Numbered from the stretch's first letter, positions 1-8,507 are shown. The stretch: 64,000 bases of DNA from an uncultured delta proteobacterium (GCA_963771465.1 CAVYTU010000014.1:544001-608000), one strand, 5' to 3'. Notes: generated by a model not told the origin, from the letters alone. Numbers and translations are program-made.

Positions 1-817
1 CGCGTTCGAGCGAGCGCGGATCTTGCACCAGAGCATAGAACGGCACGCCATATTCATGCGCCAGCCGCGCCATCGGATAGGTGCCGACCTTGTTGATGAC
101 ATCGCCGTTGCGTGCCGAGCGGTCGGCGCCGACAACCACCGCGTTCACTGCGCCGCGCGCCATCACCTGCGCCACGGCGCAATCGGGGATCAGTGAAACG
201 CTCACCCCCGCTTGCGCTAATTCCCAAGCCGTCAAGCGCGTGCCCTGGAGGTACGGCCGAGTTTCGGTAGCGATGACTGAAAACTCTTTGCCCATCTCCT
301 GACAATACCGCGCTACCGCGACCAGCTCGCCGCTAACGTTGCAATGTGTCAACACGCGCGCCGGATCGGGCAGGACAGCGGCGGCGCGTTTGGCGCGCGC
401 GCTACGCCCACGCATGATCTGCGCGCCGAATTCGCGCGTCTGGCGCGCAATAGTTTCGCCAATCGAATCGTTTGCCGGTAGCTTGTCAAAAAATTCCCCG
501 ACGTAATTGCCTAGACCGCGAAAATCGAAGGTCGGACGAACGTCGCAAAATTGTTGCGTCAGCCGCGCCAGCCGCTCGCGCAGCGGCGCCGGGTCGTTGC
601 CCTCGTACTGCTGCGCCACCATCGCAGCGCTATAGAGAAATGTCAGCACCTGGCCGAAAGCTCGAGTCTTCATCTCGCGCACGGCGTCGAGCGCCTGGAC
701 GACTTCCGTTACCTGGATGTACTCGATCTTTTCGGGAACTTGGATTTCGTCAAGAATCTCGAAGCCTGCGCCGCGCCAGTGCACAGGTTCAAACAGCGGG
801 CTTTCTACTGCGCTCAT
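1..817 (-). CDS. Divergent eIF-2B/MtnA-family sugar-1-phosphate isomerase (runs off left edge; missing from ORF track)
   Basis: Manual translation from ATG 817: MSAVESPLFEPVHWRGAGFEILDEIQVPE...MKTRAFGQ...RPTFDF...VLTHCNVSGEL...TETRPYLQGTRLTAWEL...VVGADRSARNGDVINKVGTY; ETRPxxQG, GAD and NKxGTY are family hallmarks. Confidence 0.85.
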   Translation of the reverse strand, partial: MSAVESPLFEPVHWRGAGFEILDEIQVPEKIEYIQVTEVVQALDAVREMKTRAFGQVLTFLYSAAMVAQQYEGNDPAPLRERLARLTQQFCDVRPTFDFRGLGNYVGEFFDKLPANDSIGETIARQTREFGAQIMRGRSARAKRAAAVLPDPARVLTHCNVSGELVAVARYCQEMGKEFSVIATETRPYLQGTRLTAWELAQAGVSVSLIPDCAVAQVMARGAVNAVVVGADRSARNGDVINKVGTYPMARLAHEYGVPFYALVQDPRSLER

Positions 818-842
818 TTTACCAGCGATCCAATGGAAACGT

Positions 843-1577
843 TTAGAGATATTTAAGCGCTTGGCGCGCCACTTCGATGGTTTTTTGCTCGGCTGCGAAA
901 AACGCCGGATCGCGAAAGCCGAACTTGCCGTACAAGCACTCATCCGACACCGCGAGCACCGCGCCGGCCTTTTTGCCGCGAACTTGGGAAATGGTCAGAA
1001 ACGTCGAGGTCACCATGTCGATGCTTGAGACGTTTTGCTCGTTCAATTGTTGGATCAGCTCGGGCGTCTCTTGGAACAAAGCGTCGGTGGTGAAAATCCA
1101 GCCAAGATGATAACGGACTTTTAGTTCGTCGGCCGCTTGTTTGAGCGCGCTGACGATATCGCCGTGGGCAATAGTGGAAAAACTCTCCGCCACGTAATAG
1201 CGCGACGTGCCGTCGCCGCGCACCGCGCCGGTGACAATGACCAGATCGCCGATCTTGATGTTGTCTTGCAGCGAACCACAGCTGCCAACCCGGATCAGCG
1301 CCTCGACGCCGGCGCCGCAAAGAATCTCCGTGGTAATCGCTGTATCCGGCGCGTAGCGCCCGCCGTTACCGATGCTCACCCGTTTGCCATCGAGCGTACC
1401 GGTATGCATCTCGTAGTCGAGAAAGGTGAAACTCTTTTGCGGACTGTCCAAAAGCTTGAGCAGCAAATCGCTGCGCTCTTTCGGACCCGGGATAAGTGCG
1501 TAGGGACCGAGCGAATTAGGCTTGAGCCCGAGGATGTTGAGCATGCGCTGCGGTGTGAAGTGCGCTTCTTTGACCAT
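843..1577 (-). CDS. Nucleoside phosphorylase (PNP/UDP family 1), divergent
   Basis: LIPG..ER, IRVGSCG, GDLVI, RGDGTS.YY, TTDALF and VSD motifs; the usual EME reads DMV. Confidence 0.85.
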   Translation of the reverse strand: MVKEAHFTPQRMLNILGLKPNSLGPYALIPGPKERSDLLLKLLDSPQKSFTFLDYEMHTGTLDGKRVSIGNGGRYAPDTAITTEILCGAGVEALIRVGSCGSLQDNIKIGDLVIVTGAVRGDGTSRYYVAESFSTIAHGDIVSALKQAADELKVRYHLGWIFTTDALFQETPELIQQLNEQNVSSIDMVTSTFLTISQVRGKKAGAVLAVSDECLYGKFGFRDPAFFAAEQKTIEVARQALKYL

Positions 1578-1580
1578 TGA

Positions 1581-2804
1581 CTAAACAGCCTGAAGAGCGA
1601 ATTCCAGCAAATCTTGCACCGGCAGTCCGGCTGGTTTCAAATCGGCAAACGATCGTTGGCAGAGCGCGCTCGAAGTGAGTACTAATTCCGCGCCGGTTTC
1701 GCGCGCTTCGCGCATGCGATCAGCAGCATTCCACTGCGCCAACTCCGGGTCGGCTTCCGGCACGCCGCCACCGCCACCGCAACACCAAGCCCAGCGCCGA
1801 TTGCGCCCCATTTCGACCAGTTGAATACCCGGGATCGCCCGCAAAATAGTCCGCGGCGCCGCGTAAACGCCGCAGCCGCGGCCAAGGTGGCAGGAGTCGT
1901 GATAGGTAACTTTTTTACCGACCGGCTTGGTGAATTTCAATCGCCCCGCTTGCACCAGCTGTTCGACATACTCGACGCCGTGAATGACCTGGATGTCGGC
2001 GCCCACCTCCTTGGCATACTCGCGCCAGATTCTCTGGCAGCTGCCGCATGCGACGATGACGCGTTCAATGCCGGCATTCTTAAGGGTCGCCAGATTGTCG
2101 TCCTTTAGCCGCTCATACTCGCGGCGAAAGCCGAGATCGAAAGCATAAAGCCCGCAACATTTTTCATCGTCGCCAAGAATTGCAAAATCCTCGCCTGCCC
2201 GTTGCAGCAACTTCGCCAGTGCGATGACGCCGCCACGGCCGCTATCGCGGTCCGCCGAACAGCCGGCAAAGAGCAACGTCGGGGCCTTCGACTCAGCGAC
2301 GTTCTTCACTCCCAAACCATTGGCCCACGCGCCACGCTCAATCTTTGGCTGCGCCCAAGGATTGTCATGCTGCTGAAGTCCAGCGTAGAGCGGTTGATGC
2401 GCTGGAATCGGTCCATCTTTCTCGGTGATCTCCTCGCGCATGGCAACGGTTATATCCCAAGGACCGTAACCGTCGCCGCGCACGCCGCATAACTCCTGAC
2501 ACATGAGACAGCTGGTGCAAGCGTACATTACTTCTTTTAGTTCCGGCGTGATCGCATCGAGACCGTGAAATACTCGCTGTGCCATCAGCCAACGCGACTT
2601 AGGCGTGTGGCGTTGAAATTTATAGAATTCGTAGGGCGGACATTTCTCTTTTGGCCCAGGAACGTCTTCCATCGGATTGGCTGGTCCGTGGCCATAGCAA
2701 GAGCCGCACAAAACGCAACCGCTGCTGCGCTCGTCAAGTCCTTTGGCGTAAAGCCACTGTTTGACTCTTTCGAGCCCGATGGGTTTTTTGCTCTCGTTTT
2801 TCAC
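1581..2804 (-). CDS. Fe-S oxidoreductase, HdrD/GlcF-like (two ferredoxin motifs plus two CCG domains)
   Basis: CxxCxxC...CP, CTSCLMCQELC, CCG, YHDSCHLGR, CCGGGGG; GTG start. Confidence 0.85.
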   Translation of the reverse strand: MKNESKKPIGLERVKQWLYAKGLDERSSGCVLCGSCYGHGPANPMEDVPGPKEKCPPYEFYKFQRHTPKSRWLMAQRVFHGLDAITPELKEVMYACTSCLMCQELCGVRGDGYGPWDITVAMREEITEKDGPIPAHQPLYAGLQQHDNPWAQPKIERGAWANGLGVKNVAESKAPTLLFAGCSADRDSGRGGVIALAKLLQRAGEDFAILGDDEKCCGLYAFDLGFRREYERLKDDNLATLKNAGIERVIVACGSCQRIWREYAKEVGADIQVIHGVEYVEQLVQAGRLKFTKPVGKKVTYHDSCHLGRGCGVYAAPRTILRAIPGIQLVEMGRNRRWAWCCGGGGGVPEADPELAQWNAADRMREARETGAELVLTSSALCQRSFADLKPAGLPVQDLLEFALQAV

Positions 2805-2825
2805 TGGAATACGCCCGCGCTGAAA

Positions 2826-2872
2826 ATAGTTTAAATGTTAACCATTTATAACCCGCCTATATCCGCTGTCAA
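2826..2872 (-). promoter_or_regulatory. sigma70-like promoter with overlapping palindromic operator (probable MarR site)
   Basis: Minus strand TTGACA-N16-TATAAA; imperfect palindrome ATAGTTTAAATGTTAACCAT at 2826-2845 abuts the -10 and covers the start site. Confidence 0.65.
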
Positions 2873-2981
2873 TCAAGTGAGACCTTCGGCTGGAGCAAGT
2901 AGCCGCGAATGCTCGTCAGCAAGCCGCTGCGATCATCTGGAATTGGCAATCTGAAATCGGCGTTATCTTGTGGCCGCGGAG

Positions 2982-3434
2982 CTAATTCGTGGTGGTCGTG
3001 AGATTCAACTTGCGGAGAATTGCCGAGAGCTCTTTCTGTTCGGTTTTGCTCAACCCGGTGAAAATCTGCCCGCAGCTCTTTTCGAATTCGGGAATCGTAC
3101 TCTTATAGAGTTTCGCGCCCCTGTCAGTCAAAACCACGTGCACGACGCGCCGGTCATTGTCGTCGCGCTTGCGCACCACCAGTTTTTTTTCTTCCAGCCG
3201 ATCGACGATGCCGGTTAAGTTGCTCACCGTGACCATCATCTTGGCGCCGATTTCGCCAAACGGCAGGCGGCCGGCATAGCCGATCGTCGCCAACACGTAA
3301 AATTGCGGCGGTGTGAGGGCTAATTTTGCCAGATCGTCTTCGAGTTTTTTATGGGATTGTAAGCTGAAGCGAAGAAAACGAATCCACAGACTGGTTGTAT
3401 AGGTGGTAAAAAAAGGACGTTTGAACCCTGCCAC
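2982..3434 (-). CDS. MarR-family transcriptional regulator
   Basis: LTPPQFYVL...VSNLTGIVDRLEEKKLVVRKRDDNDRRVVHVVLTDRG; GTG 3434 lies 7 nt after TTGCAT-N17-TAGAGT (ORF track starts at 3485). Confidence 0.9.
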   Translation of the reverse strand: MAGFKRPFFTTYTTSLWIRFLRFSLQSHKKLEDDLAKLALTPPQFYVLATIGYAGRLPFGEIGAKMMVTVSNLTGIVDRLEEKKLVVRKRDDNDRRVVHVVLTDRGAKLYKSTIPEFEKSCGQIFTGLSKTEQKELSAILRKLNLTTTTN

Positions 3435-3593
3435 ACGTGTGACTCTAAACGCAGCGAGGTGAAAATGCAACTTCGCGGCGCTCAATCAAAGTCACGGTGA
3501 CGACGATTGAACGGTCGGTTGCATCCTCATGTTCGATCGTCGTATTGAATACGCAGACGAGCCAGTGGATTTCCTTTAAGAACTGGAAATATA

Positions 3594-4328
3594 ATGAAAC
3601 TTCACATTCTCGGCTGTGGTGATGCCTTCGGCAGCGGCGGCCGCAATCAGAGCGGCTATTTAGTGGAAGCCAGCGACCGAATGTTTTTGCTCGATTGTGG
3701 ACCGACGAGCCTCCTCGCCATGAAGCGCGCGAAGATCGATCCGCGCCGACTGGACGCAATAATTCTCAGCCATTTGCACGGCGATCACTTTGGCGGCATT
3801 CCGTTTTTCTTCATCGAATATCTCTATCAGCAGCCGAGAGAAAAACCGTTGACCATCGCCGGCCCGCCCGGCACGGAAGCGAAAGTGCGACAACTTTTCC
3901 AGCTCATGTATGGCAACGCGACCAACGACAGGGAACTCCCGCCGATAGGCTTCGAGACTTTGTATCCCGATCAGCCCGCGCGCATCGAAGGCATTGAAGT
4001 GTTGCCGTTTCGCGTGCCCCATCAGAGCCACGAGATATCGCTGGGCTTGAAAGTTATTCATGATGATAAGCTGCTGCTTTTTTCCGGCGACTCGGCGTGG
4101 ACGGAGAGTTTTATTGAACAAGCGCGCGGCGTCGATTTATTTCTCTGCGAGTGTTCGTTTTACGATGAACAACCGGGCATGCATCTCAATTACCAAGTTT
4201 TGCGGGCGAATTTATCGCGCTTTGAGTGCAAGCAATTATTTCTCACCCATCTTGGCGACCAGATGCTGGATCGTCGCGACCGACTGGCTGTAAAAACGGT
4301 TGACGATGGAATGGTGATCGAATTTTAA
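3594..4328 (+). CDS. MBL-fold metallo-hydrolase (RNase Z/BN-like)
   Basis: LGCGDAFGSGGR, LDCG, SHLHGDHFGG, SGD, THL. Confidence 0.85.
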   Translation: MKLHILGCGDAFGSGGRNQSGYLVEASDRMFLLDCGPTSLLAMKRAKIDPRRLDAIILSHLHGDHFGGIPFFFIEYLYQQPREKPLTIAGPPGTEAKVRQLFQLMYGNATNDRELPPIGFETLYPDQPARIEGIEVLPFRVPHQSHEISLGLKVIHDDKLLLFSGDSAWTESFIEQARGVDLFLCECSFYDEQPGMHLNYQVLRANLSRFECKQLFLTHLGDQMLDRRDRLAVKTVDDGMVIEF

Positions 4329-4344
4329 CTTGCGGCGGCTTGAT

Positions 4345-5562
4345 TTAGCTCGGATTGCCGCGGGTCGATAGCGGCAGGATCAATGCTCGGTGACCGCTTT
4401 TGGTCAAGATTTCCTGCGCGCTTTCCTGGGCCGTGATCAATTCGGTGAAGGGGCCAACCTTCACCCGATAAGCCATTTCACCCCGGCCAAGTGGAGTGGG
4501 TTCGACAAACGTCTCGTAGCCCTTTTCGCCGATCTGCTTGGAAAGATCCTCGGCTCGGTCACGTTCGCGGAACGAGCCGACTTGGAGCACGTAACCGCCA
4601 TCCAAAAGCCGCGGCTTCTGAACGTCGGTTGGGACGATGACCGTCGAGATTCGCGCGCCATGCAAACCAACCTGCTGTTCGCCAGCGGTGGTCCGACCGC
4701 TCGGTGGCGCTGTTTTTAAAGAGTCATAATTCTCGAATCCATATTCCAGCAGCCGTTTGGTGTCGCCCCATTGGTCGCGCGCGCCTAGGATTGAGACGAT
4801 CAACGTGACGCCGTTCCGCTGCACCGCGCCGACAAAGCATTTCTGCGCCGCCACGGTGTAGCCGGTCTTGCCACCGATGGCGCCATCGAAATCCCATAGC
4901 AGGCGATTATGATTTCTCACGGAGATGCGCCGTGGCACGACTTTCTTTTTGACCACGGCCGTGGTGTTGACGGAGCTAAACTTGGTGAGAACAATTTCGC
5001 GGAACAACGTATTGCGCATGGCGTAACGGAAAATCACCGCCAGGTCTCGCGCCGTGGAATAGTGATCCGGCGCCGTAAGGCCATGCGGATTGGTAAAATG
5101 GGAATTGGTCGCGCCGACACTATGCGCCTTCTTGGTCATTTGTTCGGTAAATCGTTCAACCGACCCGCTAATGCCTTCGGCTAAGACCATACTGGCGTCA
5201 TTAGCGGAAGCGAGCATGATGCCATAGAGCAATTCTTCGATGGGAACGTTTTGTCCAGGTCGCAAATAGAGTTTTGATGCCGGCACCCGGGTCGCTTCTT
5301 TGGAAACTGTAATTGAATCCGAAAGCTTGCGCCCACTTTCGAGCGTGAGAATCGCGGTCACGACTTTGGTCGTACTGGCTGGCGGCAGGCGCAGATCCGC
5401 TTCTTTCTGAAACAGGACCTTTCCCGTACTTACATCCATCAGGAGTGCCGCCCGCGCGGTCAAATTCTCCTCAGGATCGAAAGCGTGTGCCGGACAGATA
5501 AACGTGGCTAGGGAAGCAACGGCCAGAACCAGGCTAGCTGCGATGAAATGAGACTTGCGCAG
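4345..5562 (-). CDS. D-alanyl-D-alanine carboxypeptidase (S11) with C-terminal SPOR domain
   Basis: PASTTK (SxxK), SAN, KTG; C-terminal YVLQVGSF...YRVKVGPF; signal peptide encoded in frame upstream of the ORF-track TTG at 5463. Confidence 0.9.
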   Translation of the reverse strand: MRKSHFIAASLVLAVASLATFICPAHAFDPEENLTARAALLMDVSTGKVLFQKEADLRLPPASTTKVVTAILTLESGRKLSDSITVSKEATRVPASKLYLRPGQNVPIEELLYGIMLASANDASMVLAEGISGSVERFTEQMTKKAHSVGATNSHFTNPHGLTAPDHYSTARDLAVIFRYAMRNTLFREIVLTKFSSVNTTAVVKKKVVPRRISVRNHNRLLWDFDGAIGGKTGYTVAAQKCFVGAVQRNGVTLIVSILGARDQWGDTKRLLEYGFENYDSLKTAPPSGRTTAGEQQVGLHGARISTVIVPTDVQKPRLLDGGYVLQVGSFRERDRAEDLSKQIGEKGYETFVEPTPLGRGEMAYRVKVGPFTELITAQESAQEILTKSGHRALILPLSTRGNPS

Positions 5563-5848
5563 AATGTCATCCCTCCGGATTGCTCGCTAGATGATAAAGC
5601 ACTGATGTTTCATCGGCAACTAATAAAACCAATTTATATCATGTTGGAAAAATTGAGCATAGCCCAGAATGGTGAATTCTTAGCCCGCTGCGGTTTTGAA
5701 GCTGCCGGTTGGAGTTTTTGCCCATTTCAGCCCAGCCAAATTGACAGAATGTCGCTCAACCCTGCAACGCAAAACCCTTCGAACTTTGCCGCAAGCATAA
5801 TCTAGATCGCGTAAGGAAACAAAATCAGCGGCAGTGCCGTCTTTCGCA

Positions 5849-6031
5849 CTATTTTTTCGTGGATGGGATACCCTGACGGGTAATTTCGCGTTCGGCGCGG
5901 TCTGCTACCCCGGCTTGTTCGCCCATTGCTTCCCGGCGAATCCGTTCCTGGCAGGGCTGGCAAATCCCGCCTTTGATTACCTCGGCTGGCTTAGCGCAGA
6001 TCATGCATTTTTTGCTCGGTTCGTTCGTCAT
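5849..6031 (-). CDS. Small hypothetical zinc-ribbon protein
   Basis: 60 aa, CxxC-x11-CxxC; co-oriented 37 bp after the upstream gene. Confidence 0.65.
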   Translation of the reverse strand: MTNEPSKKCMICAKPAEVIKGGICQPCQERIRREAMGEQAGVADRAEREITRQGIPSTKK

Positions 6032-6067
6032 GGCAATTTCCTGGCAAAGTTATCGGTTGTGAAACCG

Positions 6068-6604
6068 TTAGTTAATCATCCTTATTTGCTTGGGATTCTC
6101 GATGATAATCTCCAAGCCGTACTGGGGATGGTCTTTGACCTGACCGGTAATCTCGACGTCCTTGTTCTCGTAACTCCTGGGCGCCGTCTTGGCTTTATCG
6201 AATAGTTCGACGGCGGAGGAAAAGATCACGGCGGTCAACGCTTCGCGCGACGGACCAAAGTTTAAGAAATAGGTGTTACTCTTGGCCGAATGACCGACGC
6301 GAAATACCCTGCCGCGCACACGCGCCTGTTTGCCCGTAAGGCTGCGAATTTTCTCCACATCACGGGCGAGAAATTCCGCCAGCTCTGGAGATGGTTCAGC
6401 CTCAGCCGTTGTCGCTAACAACGGTACATAATTCACCAAATAGGATTGCGGTTCACCTGGTATCAACGCCCGCGCCGCAACGGGCGGCGGAGCCTCGGGA
6501 AGTTCCGCCGTGGGCGGATTCCAGCGCTGATACAACAGGTGGGTGCAAATCCCGGCGACGAAAATCGCGCTGACGGCGAATACGTTGGCGACCAGGCGGC
6601 CCAT
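6068..6604 (-). CDS. Membrane-anchored OB-fold nucleic-acid-binding protein
   Basis: N-terminal TM segment, Pro-rich linker, GKQARVRGRV...YFLNFG...TAVIF...VEITGQV...LEIII. Confidence 0.65.
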   Translation of the reverse strand: MGRLVANVFAVSAIFVAGICTHLLYQRWNPPTAELPEAPPPVAARALIPGEPQSYLVNYVPLLATTAEAEPSPELAEFLARDVEKIRSLTGKQARVRGRVFRVGHSAKSNTYFLNFGPSREALTAVIFSSAVELFDKAKTAPRSYENKDVEITGQVKDHPQYGLEIIIENPKQIRMIN

Positions 6605-7143
6605 TACGGCTTACGCTCCCAGAGTTGCAAAAACGCTTTGCGGTATTCCTCCGCTAACGGTCCGGCGTCACGAAAGAGCAAGAGGTTTTCGTCGTTTAGT
6701 TTATCCGCTGCGTGAGTCCAATTATACGAACCGGTCAACACGATGCGCCGGTCGATGACGGCGAACTTTTGATGCATCAGCCCGCTGTCGCGATCCTGGC
6801 TCTTGGTTTTGCCGCCGGATACTCGGCGCAGAGGAATTTTCTCCGCTTCAAGAAATTTGCCTTTGGATTTTTCGTTGCCGACGTCGAACTCACGGTCAAC
6901 CACGATCTGCACAACCAAGCCGCGCTTTTTCGCTTGTACCAGCGCGTTGGCGAGATCGTCGTTAGTGAACGCATAGACTGCCACCAACAACTCCTTCTTG
7001 GCTTGGTCGATCTCGCGAAGAATATGTGTAGAACACTTTCCCTGGGGGCTGAAACAGGCCTGTACCGCCATTTCCGCGGCCGATATTGAGTCCATGGCAA
7101 GAAGCTGAAAAAGCATCGCCGCGGTAAACGCCGTGCGTATCAT
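6604..7143 (-). CDS. Phospholipase D-family (Nuc-like) endonuclease, single HKD motif, signal peptide
   Basis: FSP, AVYAFT, HQKFAVID, TGSYNWT, NDEN. Confidence 0.9.
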   Translation of the reverse strand: MIRTAFTAAMLFQLLAMDSISAAEMAVQACFSPQGKCSTHILREIDQAKKELLVAVYAFTNDDLANALVQAKKRGLVVQIVVDREFDVGNEKSKGKFLEAEKIPLRRVSGGKTKSQDRDSGLMHQKFAVIDRRIVLTGSYNWTHAADKLNDENLLLFRDAGPLAEEYRKAFLQLWERKP

Positions 7144-8507
7144 GGCCTGGCTCTAGTTGACGTCTGCGGTTTGCTTTTCTGCTTACTGAGACACATGCCG
7201 AGAACCAACTTCTCCAGCACCAAACGCTGCTGGCCGGCGCTCGACTTCAGCCGCAAATCGGCGTCGAACAAGCCGTCCATATAGGAACTGAGATCGGCGA
7301 GCGAAAAGCGTTCAGCGCGCTGGAAACACATATAATCACCGTAAGGATTGTGCGTTAGCAGCGCTGTGCCCTGTTTCAAAACGGTCTGCTGAAACTGCTG
7401 ATAACTCATGCCCCGCTTCCAAACGCGCGCCAGATCGGTCTCAAGCAGCTGGCGCGCCGATAACAGACGGCGAATTTCTGACGCCACCGTGCCCAACAGC
7501 CGTAAAGGATGTTCTCCCTGGGCCAGCAAGCGAGATAACTGAGACAGCGCGCCGGCTGCATCGCGCTCGCCGATGGCGCGGGTGAGATCGAAGATCCAAC
7601 CTTCACCATGATCGGCAAATATCGCCTTGACATCCTGCATGCGGATCGCCGCACGTTCGCCGACAAACAGGATCAGTTTGTCCAGCTCTTGCTGTAGGGC
7701 GCGTAGCTCGTCGCCGGCGCGCGCGACAATCATCTCGCGCGCTTGCGCTTCGACCATTTTGCCGCTGCGGCTCAGCCGTTGGTTGACGAACTCGAGCAAA
7801 CTCTCCCGGCTGATCCTGCCGCTGCGGTCCCGTTCAAGATCGAGACAAAGCGCCGCGCCAATTTCCTCGAAGCGCTTGTACAAGCGCGTGCGCCGGTCGA
7901 CTTGCACCGCGGTGAGGAGCAAAAAGTCCCAATCCGGTAAACCCTCATCAAGCAAGTTCGTCAGCCGATGCCCTTCCGAACCTTTGCGCTTGCTCAGATC
8001 AACATCGCGGCTTTTGCCGTAGGCAATCAACGCCTCGACTTCCTCTTGGGCCTCGCCGCCGTCGGCATCCAATAACCCAACCAGCACTCTTGCCGATGCG
8101 GTTTCGAGCCGATCCCATTGCTCCTGGGTCCAACCTTCGAGCACCAGTAAATCGATCAGTAGTTTAACCGCGTCGTCGCGTTTGCCGTCACGCCACAGCG
8201 CGAGAATTTTGTCACCCAGCTCGCCTTTTTGCTCGCGGGAAAAAAAATACGGCGCATTTTCAACCCAGAGAAGCTTTTTGCCGGGAAAAAACGGCGGCGT
8301 CATGAGGGACGCTTCGACTTGATCCCAAGTCGCATTTCGGCCGTCGAATCGTTCGAAGTTAAAACCTCTTTGATCTTCCGGCACGATGAGATCGAGGACT
8401 TTTTTGCCGGCTTCCTGCACTTTGAGATCGTCACCGAAGAGCAGCAAAAGGCGCGCGCCTTTGCTGTTTTTGAGATCGGCCAGGACGGTGAGTAGGTCGC
8501 GTTTCAC
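7140..8507 (-). CDS. holA: DNA polymerase III delta subunit (long form)
   Basis: LLFGDD, FNFERFDG, TPPFF, ELDKLILF, IFDLTRAIG, ADLRLKSS...LEKLVL. Confidence 0.8.
   Translation of the reverse strand: MKRDLLTVLADLKNSKGARLLLLFGDDLKVQEAGKKVLDLIVPEDQRGFNFERFDGRNATWDQVEASLMTPPFFPGKKLLWVENAPYFFSREQKGELGDKILALWRDGKRDDAVKLLIDLLVLEGWTQEQWDRLETASARVLVGLLDADGGEAQEEVEALIAYGKSRDVDLSKRKGSEGHRLTNLLDEGLPDWDFLLLTAVQVDRRTRLYKRFEEIGAALCLDLERDRSGRISRESLLEFVNQRLSRSGKMVEAQAREMIVARAGDELRALQQELDKLILFVGERAAIRMQDVKAIFADHGEGWIFDLTRAIGERDAAGALSQLSRLLAQGEHPLRLLGTVASEIRRLLSARQLLETDLARVWKRGMSYQQFQQTVLKQGTALLTHNPYGDYMCFQRAERFSLADLSSYMDGLFDADLRLKSSAGQQRLVLEKLVLGMCLSKQKSKPQTSTRARP

Noticed and set aside
5580-5845. Possible c-di-GMP riboswitch (ACGCAAAACC)
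   Set aside because: The GGCAAA/GAAA stem and second hairpin could not be built; likely ordinary promoter DNA.
6604-7143. PLD nuclease as an anti-phage defence system
   Set aside because: It has a signal peptide, no helicase/ATPase/methylase partner, and is coupled to core holA.
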